The translations under genes were made by a program, and so were the position numbers. This document shows, piece after piece, positions 25,640 to 36,126 of a DNA stretch of 64,000 nucleotides (position 1 is the stretch's first letter; each line of letters opens with the position of its first letter). The notes beneath the pieces were generated by a model, which searched no databases, had not been told where the DNA came from, and saw only the letters and a program-made list of their open reading frames with translations. Source of the DNA: Cycas panzhihuaensis (Eukaryota > Plantae > Cycadophyta); assembly GCA_023213395.1 (NCBI GenBank), contig CM041465.1, positions 121,651,741 through 121,715,740 of the forward strand, given 5' to 3'.

Positions 25640-26400
25640 TTCATGAAAATATGACCCTATTTATTGAAGAAAAAAATTATTGGCACTAGATAAGATTGAT
25701 ATATGAGTTCAAGCATATATCGTAAAGACTAAAGACAAGCAGGTGAAGATAGTCTATGAAATTTGAAAATTGAAATCATCATAGTAAAGTAGGTGATGGT
25801 GAAGCTTTAGTCTCCCATGTTTTATAAGAGTTTTGTATTTGATCATGGCAGTTGTATTACTGCTTGAATGTATACCTTTGTAGTAAACACATGAAAAAGG
25901 CAGTTATTGATTGTTGTAATATGCGTGCTTTGTAAGAACCAATAATGATAGTTGTTTTGACCAAAGAGCCAATGATGATGATGATAATGATATTTGTGAC
26001 CAAAATTTGGTCAATGTTGGTGTTGAGAATCTCGTATGACAAAAGGCAAGATTAGCACAGGTTGGTAGACATTGCTTGCCAAGTAGTACAACTTGTTCTT
26101 GAATGTCTAGTTTTACGATATCTTTGTGGTCAAGTAGTTTGGATTGCTCTCGAGATACATCTCAATGAATTGAATTGTTGAAGGGGTTGAAATGTAACCC
26201 AGACGAAGATTTATTCAGTGTTGATGAATCATGTATCCAAAGATATTATTTAGATAATCGGTAGACACATAGGTTGGTTACCGATGTGATCTGGTGGATG
26301 GTGATATCTTTATATGGATGTCAACAACATTTTTTTAAATGAAGCATGTGTATAAGCACACTAAGTGATGTAGATTGATGGTGAAGCATCAGGAGAACAG
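25640..26400 (+). pseudogene. Collapsed copia gag-pol relic in cargo element 1
   Basis: Only traces remain: KARLA (~26043) and GW*YLYMDVNNIFLNE (~26296-26343), compare QMDVKxAFLNG. Confidence 0.55.
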
Positions 26401-28920
26401 AGGTTGTGTTTGGTATAGTTCTTTTATTGTAAGAAATTAAACATTATGGGGGGGGGATGTTGGAATATAATGTTTAATGTAAGGGTCATATGTTTAATGT
26501 GAGAGTCATTATGAATTGTAATTAAAGAGTATTTAGTGGGTAGTTAGGTGGTTATATAACAACCATTAACAACCTTAAACCATGAATTATATATGTACAC
26601 ATTTGACTATTCAATAGACAAGTTGATTATTTGTTTTTTATTGAGTGTGTGCATTTTTCTTACATCCCTTACTCATTATAACGCCTAGTCTTCTGTGTGC
26701 TCTATATCGAATCAATTTCCAAATCTTGCATACATCTCCACTCTTTGGATGCTTGTAGGCCATCCAACTACTGGCCTATTTCGAAAGATTCATCTGTCTC
26801 GATGGTGATCAGTAATGGTAGCCATAGTGTTGCTTTTTTCTTGGCCATATCCTAACTTCATTTCACTCTTCCACTGTACGGTCTTCAAGCCTGATCAACT
26901 TGATAGTTTTTCTTGCCCCCGTCAATGGCCCCTCACTTTGATTCGTTCTTCCTCTGTACTATCATCATGCCCGATTGACCTAACTTTCCCAAATGCCCAC
27001 CACTGATCCTTTTTAGGTAGAATCAAGAGTACACCTATGAGGCTGCAAACCCACTTGGCTCTATGAGGGCGAGACACAGAAAAGGCCTTCAACAGAGAAA
27101 GTAAAGAGGCCTTGCCCCACCTTCCTGTGTTCCCCCCGTGAACCGGTGTAATCTACACAAGTGCTCTCCAAATCATGCTGGATAGTAACCCATCACACAA
27201 CTCTCTAACTTCACTTTCTTTGTGTTCTGTCCAAACCCAAAGGCGTGTCAATTCGATGGTTTTATAGCATTCTTGAATTCCAAAGTAGAAATCCAATCAG
27301 AGTGCCCTCTTAATAGTGACCCTTTTTAATCAGGATTTCATGTTGTAGTGTTCTCTTCCTTTGTTTAGCTCGATTTTGTTATATCATTCTTGAATTCCAA
27401 AGTAGAGATCCAATTAGAGTGCCCTTAGCCTTGGTAATCAAGATTTCACACTGATCACTTCATCAAAGCCCAGTTTTTCCTCATTACTCAATCTTTCTTA
27501 CAATATGCTCAGTACTTTTAAACAATACCTATTAGGTAACCATCATGACTATTCTTACCACCTTATCACCTATTCCCCAAACATAACCTATTCCTTTTTC
27601 ACAAAATATTCTTTATATTTTCAATTCCCCACCTTTGCCCTTCATCTATTCGAGAAAAATCCTTTTTTCAAAGTGAAAAATCCATGGACAAATTGTGCAA
27701 CTAGAAAAATAGGTTTTTAGCCACGTGCCATTAGCATTACACAAGTCTTAGGATTGTTTTTATATAGGAAGGGATATGAAGCTCATCCAATTCCAGACAT
27801 AATCAACTGCATGCACAGGTCATGTATTGATTATTTCCAAAAGATTTCATACGGGTGGACCAAATTATTATGACATATAAGCCTTAGAAGATGGTAGATT
27901 GAAGACTAAGTGGAATGCAGCTTCAATTGATTCCTTGCATTGTGTTTATACTTTGAGGGCAAGGCATTTTAAGGAGGGGCTGGAGCAGAGCGGGGGGTAG
28001 GGGGTAGGGGAGTTGTTACAAGCATAATGTGAAGTCAACTCCAAATAGATTATTACATGCCTAATTATGTTAATATGAAGTCAGGTTCAAATACGCATGT
28101 GAAGTCAACTCCAAATAGGCCCATGTTATGGCTATAAATGAGGGATCCCTAGTCAATTATTATCATCTTTTGGAATTATTATTCTGTCATATTTGGATAA
28201 TGGATTAAAGCCATTGTGGCGGTTAGGGGCCTTAGAGTGTTAGATTGTATAATATAAACTTATGTAATTTTATGTGTCACATGTCTAAATTAAAAATTAA
28301 GTTATTATAATGTTTTTATCTTAGGTGTATTTAATTAAACTTGTGGAAGGTCGTTGAATATGCGAAACTGCATTTCAACGAACCTCCTTGGTACTTAACC
28401 TCCTAAATTCACAGCAATTCACCAGGAATCTAGGAGGGCTGTCCTAATGATGCCTGAAGGCTGGTCTATTTCTTAGAGGTATTTTCTATGCATGTTTTAA
28501 ATTCTATATTTTAATTAATAAAATTATATAGCTTAGGAGGTGGTTTTTTATTCCCCAGAAGGGGTTTTCCACTGTCAACTTTGTGTGTATGCAAGGTCGC
28601 TTTATATCGTTTATATCTGTAATTTCTTAACTGTGTTCTTGTTATTGTTTTATTGTGATCCTGTTAATGACACTGTCATATGCATATTCTCCTACATGGT
28701 ATCAGAGCACGTTATGCCCTTTTTTTTCTGTCTGTTATTTGATTTTTTGCTTTTCTTCCTTTTTTAAATTATTTTGGTCATCTGAACTATGTATTCAAAA
28801 TCAAAAGAAACCAAGTTTTTTTTGAATACGCCATTAAAGCCAAAAACTTTCACTAAACAATAAATTTTCTTAGAGACAAAACTGCCATTTATACAAACGG
28901 CCTTTTATTTAAACTGTCAT

Positions 28921-29208
28921 TAAGACAGACCGTTTTACATACCAGTTCATAGAATTTTTACAAGACAGACCGTTTTACATACCAGTCCAGAGAATTCTTA
29001 CAAGATAATTTTTTTTACATACCAGTCCGTAGAATTATACAAAACTGAAACCCTTGCCATTAAGGCAGAATTATACAAAACTGAAACCCTTGCCATTAAG
29101 GCAGAATTATACAAAACTAAAACCCTTGCCATTAAGGCAGAATTATACAAAACTAAAACCCTTGCCATTAAGGCAGAATTATACAAAACTAAAACCCTTG
29201 CCATTAAG
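28921..29208. repeat. ~40-bp x3 and 36-bp x5 tandem arrays in the copia 5' UTR
   Basis: ACAGACCGTTTTACATACCAGT units followed by AGAATTATACAAAACT(G/A)AAACCCTTGCCATTAAGGC units. Confidence 0.92.
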
Positions 29209-29547
29209 CAGAACCGTACAAAAAAATTCCATCACTGAAAGCCTTCTTTCTTCATATTAGGTTTTCCTGTGACAGTAGAGGTGTAGTAAGTCCCTGTACA
29301 ATAGGGTCTATAACCATGCAGCAGCCCCATGTGTAGCAGCACCGCCATATTCAGCATTTTCTTTTGGCAAGATTGTCATTCCTGTCAGAACACCAAAAAC
29401 GGCTGGCAAATTTAACACATACAACAAAATAAAACAAAAAGAGGGAACAAAAACAAGCAGGGCAGCCAGTTTGCCACAAACCCCAGATATAAAAAAAAAA
29501 AAGAATTCAAAGCCAGGCGGAGAAACCCTAGCCGCCAAGGATCTTAT

Positions 29548-29945
29548 AAAGTCCAGACAGTGGAGCCTGCACAGAGAGGTCAAGCCGCCAAAGCTTGAAA
29601 GTCCAGACAGTGGAGCCTGCACAGAGAGGTCAAGCTGCCAAAGCTTGAAAGTCCAGACAGTGGAGTCTGCACAGAGAGGTCAAGCCGCCAAAGCTTGAAA
29701 GTCCAGACAGTGGAGCCTGCATAGAGAGGTCAAGCCGCCAAAGCTTGAAAGCCTAGGCAAGAGAAGCACACCGCAGAGGTCAAGCCGCCAAAGCTTGAAA
29801 GCCCAGACAGTGGAAGATTGCACAGAGAGGTCAAGACGCCAAAGCCTACAAAGCAAAGTGAAGCCGCGCCATCTCGCCCAAGCCTACAAAGCAAAGTGAA
29901 GCCGCGCCATCTCACAAAGCAAAGTGAAGTTGCGCCATCGTCGAA
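29548..29945. repeat. 50-bp x ~6 tandem array followed by ~30-bp x3 repeats
   Basis: GTCCAGACAGTGGAG at 29551, 29601, 29651 and 29701, with variants at 29751 and 29801. Confidence 0.92.
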
Positions 29946-30888
29946 CCTGCACAGCAAGAAGGAACGCCGCCTCGAAAGCGATATGGAGAAACAGGTAGGG
30001 TTTCTAACCTAACCCCCCCTCCCGGATTTCAATTTTCATTTTTTTAATTTTATTTTGTTATAAAACAAAAGTCCGTCGGGTCCGCCGACCCTCGTTTTTT
30101 ATTTATTTATTTATTTATTTCTAAATATAATACGCCCCCCCCCCCTTTTTTTTATATATAAGTCTTTATATAAGTCTATTACCCTTTTAATTCTATAATA
30201 TACTTTACATTTTCTTGATTCAAATGAATCAATATTGTCAAAGTTAATACCTTGATTTCGTTTGCATTAATACTTTCACCTCATGTTGCATTTTACATTC
30301 TAATTAAAACCCCTCTAGAGTACACACTGTTTTTTTTAAGGAAATTTCTTCCCCCCTTCATTTTAACTATTCCTTTCCTTATAATTTTTTTTAACCTTGA
30401 AACTTCTCTTTTAATACTTTGACAAATTAACTCAATACACCCTTTTAAATATTATTTTCAAAATCCTATGCTCTAAAGTATGCCTTCAATAAAGTATATA
30501 TAATTTTTTTTTTATTATTCTTTAAAACAAGTTAATGAGTAAACTTAACTTTTTTTCTCTCCTAAGTAAATAGAATTAATCATATCTTTTATTTTTTCCT
30601 TTAACACGTAATCTATAAGATTTAAACTAATTTCTTATATATATACAATTTTGTTTATAAGGGGAAACAGTTTATTTTCTTCTCTAAAAGGGATTTTTTT
30701 CTAAGTGGAATCATTTTTTTCCAAAAGAAAACCTTTTTTCAAATATAACTGCTTAATTATTGTCTGTTTCTGTATAAAAATCTATGATTTTTTTATGAAG
30801 ATATCCTTATAAAGATTAGTGTGTTTTGAGTAGTTATTAAGTCACATTCAGATTTTTTAATCCTTAAATACATCTCAACATTCCCAAT

Positions 30889-31943
30889 ATGGCATTAATG
30901 CTGAGGCAACACCGTGTTCCAATTCCAGTGTTAACCGACTCAAACTATGCCGACTGGAGGAATCGCATATCCCATCAGCTTAAACAACAAAAAGTATGGC
31001 GATATGTAACAGGTGAATTTCAAAAACCAAAAGTTGATGCTCATCGAGAATCTTATGGTATATCTGATGAACTCAGATGCCGCATTAGGCACCATATTAA
31101 ATTCTCTTTCACCAGAAATCAGTCGGCAGTTTTCTGAAAAAGATGACTTAGCCACTATCTGGAAAACCTTGGAAGAAAAATACAACAAGGTTGATACACA
31201 TCAAGTAGCAATCCTAGAAGAGCAACTATATAATCTTACCTTTGATGACTTTACAAATGTTGAGGATCTCTTAACAAAAATTCAATGAATCAATAAAGAT
31301 TTAGACAATTGTATTAAATCAAAAACCAAGGAAGTTGACATAGAAAAAATAACTACACATGTCAAAGACGACAACACTATCGTACGTCTTGCAGTTAATA
31401 AATTACCACAACACTTCAATCTTTACCAAGTTGCCAGACAACAAGCTGGCAATCCACCCATCACATTCAATCAGCTGACAAGTCAGCTAATTGAACATCA
31501 AACAATGTTAATCAGAACCGGTGCAATAAAAGATAAATCACAGGCTTTGTTTTCTAAAACTAAGCCACAATTTAAACATAAACAACAGAATAATAACTTT
31601 CATAATAACAATCAAAAGTATCAGAAACCTCAACGAGGTTCATCTTCTAATACTCACAATAATGTAAAATATTCTGGTCCAACTAAAAACCAGAATGCTT
31701 CCAATCAATACGTTTCTAACAGAAATAATGCATCTTCTTCTCAGAACTCTAGTTGTGCCTACTGTCATAAAAGAGGCCATACTATTGATATATGTAGAAG
31801 TAGAATAGCCTCGGAAGCATGGAAAGCTTCCAAGGGACTGCAAAATAAACAGCAATCCCATCCTCAATCTCATTTCCAATCAAACTCTCAATCAAGATCT
31901 CAAAATCGTCAATTTCATAACCGTTCCTTGGCAACAACAACTT
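30889..31943 (+). pseudogene. Copia gag
   Basis: LTDSNYADWRNRI...VWRYVTG, IWKTLEEKY and zinc knuckle CAYCHKRGHTIDIC. Confidence 0.9.
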
Positions 31944-32279
31944 CTGTCATATGCCTATTCTCTTACATAGAGGAACCCTCACCTTAAAGAGGATTGATCA
32001 TCTGATATTATCATTTGTTGTTTCTAAATATTAATTAATTTATTTTTTGTTATAATTTAATATTATAGTGGGTATGCCACACGCTTGTTTCCCCTCTTTA
32101 ATCCTTTTGACCAACCATCTCTCAATCCCACTCCTATATGCTTTTTTCCTAGGAAAGAATCTTCTTTAGCAATTGCTACATTATCCCATGATGTTGTTCA
32201 AGATCATCCTCTTGGAAATGTTGATTTTAGATCTATGATTAAATTTGATGTATGTTGTAAAATTTCTCCTAAATGCTAG

Positions 32280-33520
32280 CCAACCCCATTTATTCTCTCT
32301 CTTTAGGCTGGCCTCTAATTCTCTTTCTTTAAAACCAACTTCTACCACATGTTATTTAATGTTTCTATTTATAGGATGCTTAACCCCCATTATAATCATC
32401 ATTGTAAGGAGACTATCCCAAGTTTGTGATTTCGACCCTATTTGGAGACTGCACTAGAGGACACCTTGCCTCAAAGAGTGTAATTTCTCTAAACTCAATA
32501 TTTCATATATCAATATTTTGAAGGATTCTATCTGGTTGGCATATATATAAATTTATGTATATTCAGTGGTTATTCTATTTGGTGCATAATTAATAGTTAT
32601 TTTGTCTGGGGTAATTCTGTCATATATGAAATTAGCATGGATTTGTGTTTATTTCATTGATTTTGGTGTGAATTTCCATTGGACTTCCCACAAGTAGTAT
32701 TAGAGCTTCATTATCAAGGCCATTTAGTTCTAGTAGATCGAGATTTCAACAGTCCAATACTTTATTTTAGCAAAACAAAAATCAGATTTTACACACAAAA
32801 TTCTAATGTTTCCCATTAGAAGACAAACTTTTGCACTCAATTTTGTTTTTTCTGTTAGAAGACAAATTTTGGCACTTAGAAATTTGAAATTATTAATCAA
32901 AAAAATAGATTTCTGCAATTAGAATTTTGATTTCTATTGTTAGAAGACCTATTTTTATGTCAACATAAAAAATTATTAGTCAAAAACCAGACTTCAAACA
33001 ACCAAACAAATATGATTTCTATAGTCGAGAAGTCAATTTTATCAAGTGGCAAGTTGATCTAAAGCAAGATTTAGCCATTCTTGAGTAGAATTTTTTGGGC
33101 AATACAATGGGAAGAGAAAACAAGGGTATCATAAGTGTTAAAAGATGGTCAAAGATTTTTTCCAAGTATGAAATTAAGATTTGATAGGACACTAACATTT
33201 GGAAAAATGGTGAATCAATCTTTAGTCATAGCAAAGAATGTTAGCAAAAAAGTAGATGCCTTAAACAACAAAGTCATAAAAATATATGACTAACTAATGA
33301 AAGAAACAACTAGTTGCCGTAATTTAGGCCTTGCAAGTAAAAGGAATATTAGACATGCCCAAGCCTAAAAATAACAATAAAAACAAAGAGACCCAACATG
33401 GGGAAAACTCTCACCACAACGAGGAAAGAGATAGAAGTGATAGACTTAGATTTGACTAAGGTCTCAAGAACTCCAAATTCCTTTTGGAAAAATTTGACCT
33501 AGAGGGACCTAGTGTAGATG
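32280..33520 (+). mobile_element. Decayed gypsy 5' end (LTR end, PBS, gag start)
   Basis: CCACA-AG-TAGTATTAGAGC at 32688-32706; LEKFD gag motif shared with 51037 and 59560. Left boundary uncertain. Confidence 0.5.
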
Positions 33521-33599
33521 CAGAACCAAGAGAATATGATGTGGATGGAGCTAATGGGACCACAATTATTGTAGGAACATTTTCAATGGTTGGAGGAAA

Positions 33600-35990
33600 A
33601 CTAGTAGTTGTTGTAGAATTATCAATAGGAAATGAAATTTGCTATGGATCCAATTCCTAATTCTCTTCAGAAAAAATGACATCCCGAGATGTATGCATTT
33701 GTTGTGTAGCAAGATCATATAGTTTGTAAGATTTGCATCTAGACATATATCCAATGAAGATGCACTTCCTGCTTTTGTCATCTAATTTCTTCCTTTGTTT
33801 TTTTGAAATGTGCATATATGTTTGTGCATCCAAAAGTCTACAAATGTGAAACTGTAGGCTTTTAACCTGACCAAGCCTCTTGGGGTGTGATATTTATGAC
33901 TGCCTTGGTTGGACTCCTGTTGGTAAGATATGCAATCATGTTGACTACTTCGGCCTAGAAGTGAAGTCCAAGATTTTTGGCGACAAGCATGGCCTTGCCT
34001 TTACTGACCAAGGTCCAATTCATCCTCAGCAACTCCATTTTGTTGAGGAGTGTAAGGGGTAGAGAACTGTCAATTGATGCCTTTATCCTTGCAAAATTGA
34101 GCAAATTCTTTTGATGTATATTTGTTGCCATTTTCATAGTGAAGGATTTTGAGTGGCATGCCGGATTCTAGTTCAACTTTACTTTTGAATTCTTTAAAAT
34201 TTTCAAAAGCTTATGATTTCTACTTCAGGAAGTAGACCCAAACCTTGCAAAAAAAGGTCATCAATGAAGGTAATGAAAAAGCAACCATTAATTGACTCTT
34301 GTGACATGGGCCCACAAATGTTTAAATGAGCAAGGCCTAATGGTTCTTAAGCATGCCAAACTTTGCCATTGGATTTGAAGGGTTCTCTATGATGCTTCCC
34401 CATAATGCAAGATTCACAAAGATAGTTTGTTTAATTTTTGGCAGAGCATGCATCATGTTTAGTTTGAATAACAATTGAAGGTTGTTCATACTCATATGAC
34501 CAAGGCATTGATGCCATAATTGATCTTTGGGAAGTGACTAAGTAACAGGTGTAGGTTGTTTCTTAGCAGTTGAAGCGGAATTATTATAAGTGCCAGTATC
34601 TTCGTGCAGAAATGTAGGTGTTGATGTGGCATCCAACTTGTAAAGTCCATGACCCTCATACCCAGTTGCAATCACATTACCGTTGACATCACTGATGAGG
34701 CATTTACTAAGATGGCTAAATAACACATCAAATTTTTGCTTCTTTATCTGACTAATGGACAACAAATTTCTTGTCATCCTAGGTGCATAGAAGACATTAT
34801 TTAGGTTATGCTTAACATTAGAATTTGTTAATGAAATGGGAACATTGCCAATTTTAGCAATTTGTAGTACAACATCATCACCAAATGTCACTATTTGATT
34901 CTTCACTAGCATAGTATTTGTGAGCAAATCTTTGGAACTAGTCATGTCATAAGACTCTGAAATCTATTAACCGAGATTTGTCAGTAATGTGGGTTGCAGA
35001 AGCAACATAGAACAAATTCTAAGAATCAACCATGTGGCCTCCTTGATTCTGATTTCTTCTCTGGTTGTGGTTTTGATTTTGTCCGTAGCCATGATTGGTG
35101 TTTTGGGTATTCTAGTTCAGTCTTTTGTTTCTTTGGAAGTCGTTGCAGCCACGATTAGGATTGCCTATATTTGTAGAGCAATTCTATTGTTGTTGTTGTT
35201 GCTAGTCGGCACTCTTTTTCCTGCATTCTATTGTTGCATGGCCGATTTTGCCACAATAGTGACAAATTATTTGATTTGTATGTTGTTGATGTGGTTGTTG
35301 TTGGTTCAAATTCATTGAATTGAACTGCTGGATCAGATTTGGTCTTTGTTGTCTTTCTTTATGACCTGCAACTAAAGCAGGTGTCGATGAGGAAGAATTG
35401 GGATCTCCAAGTCTATTTAAGATACACTCCTCTTGCAAAAGTTCAATGTGGCAAGGCAATTGCAATGGGATAGGTTAGAAATAAGGGAGTTAAAACTAGC
35501 AGGTAATACATTGACAATGGATGACACGAGTCACTATTTGTAGGTGGTTGACTAAGAGTAGTTAACTAGTTCCATAGTGCTTTAATTTGGGTCAAATGGG
35601 CTTTGACATATCTAGCATAAGGAATCGAATACAGTTGGGCCTTAAGCATAACAACTCATGCATTGCCTTTTCTCTCATACAGAGAGCAGAGTATGTTCCA
35701 TGCTTCAACAGAGGTAGTGGTTGTTTCAATATTTTGGTTGATATTTTCTTCACAAGAGAGGTGTAAAAAGGAAAGTGCGACTTCATCATTTTCATTAAAT
35801 GCGGTAAGGGCAATAGGATGAACTGATATAGTGACAGTGGGATTATTAGGATTTTGAGTGGGAGCTAGTTTAGTGTAGTAATAGAAACAGAAGTCCACAA
35901 TTTATTCATTACAAGTATATTCTTGACTTGTTTCTTCCAAGCCAAGAAGTTGTCACTACCTATCAATTTGATGGTATTAGTTGCAACCAT
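33600..35990 (-). pseudogene. Copia gag-protease-integrase, degenerate
   Basis: EAWNILCSLYE, CHYCGKIGHATIEC, RNLLSISQ, GLYKL and LWHQCLGH motifs. Confidence 0.9.
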
Positions 35991-36126
35991 ATGTAGAGCC
36001 ATGATGATTGAATGAGTGTAGATACCAACAATGTCTTATCTACCTAGAAAGGTTTACTAATATTGTACCAAAAGTCTCTATGTCTCCTCGTCTAATAGCC
36101 CCTGGTAGTTGAGACAGTCATGTCTA

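Larger units (their letters stand above)
22085..26664 (+). mobile_element. Cargo element 1: non-autonomous copia-derived LTR element carrying five host-gene fragments
   Basis: LTRs 22085-22276 and 26458-26664; TSD TCCCT; PBS TGGTATCAGAGC at 22277-22288; G-run PPT at 26448-26457. Confidence 0.95.
28238..31967 (+). mobile_element. Internally deleted copia element inserted in an LTR
   Basis: 5' LTR 28238-28696; PBS 28697-28708; TSD TAGAG; only the last ~24 bp of the 3' LTR (31944-31967) remain. Confidence 0.9.
18926..32081 (+). mobile_element. Old, highly decayed gypsy (chromovirus-like) element hosting later insertions
   Basis: 5' LTR 18926-19260 plus degenerate PBS TAGTATTAGAGC; 3' LTR 28014-28237 joined to 31973-32081; G-rich PPT at ~27990-28013; chromovirus-style TTGAGGGCAAG end of pol. 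No matching TSD. Confidence 0.75.

Noticed and set aside
21061-27699. Distinct element bounded by TGTGCA direct repeats that hosts cargo element 1
   Set aside because: An intermediate insertion is plausible, but I found no convincing termini or domains.
27984-28012. G-quadruplex-like G runs
   Set aside because: They are adequately explained as an expanded PPT next to the 3' LTR.
28998-29260. Repeat-protein ORFs (MARVLVLYNSAL / LPLRQNYTKLKP)
   Set aside because: They are translations of a 36-bp DNA tandem repeat.
29030-29850. CRISPR-like 36-bp and 50-bp repeats
   Set aside because: The units are contiguous with no unique spacers, there are no cas genes, and they lie in a plant copia UTR.
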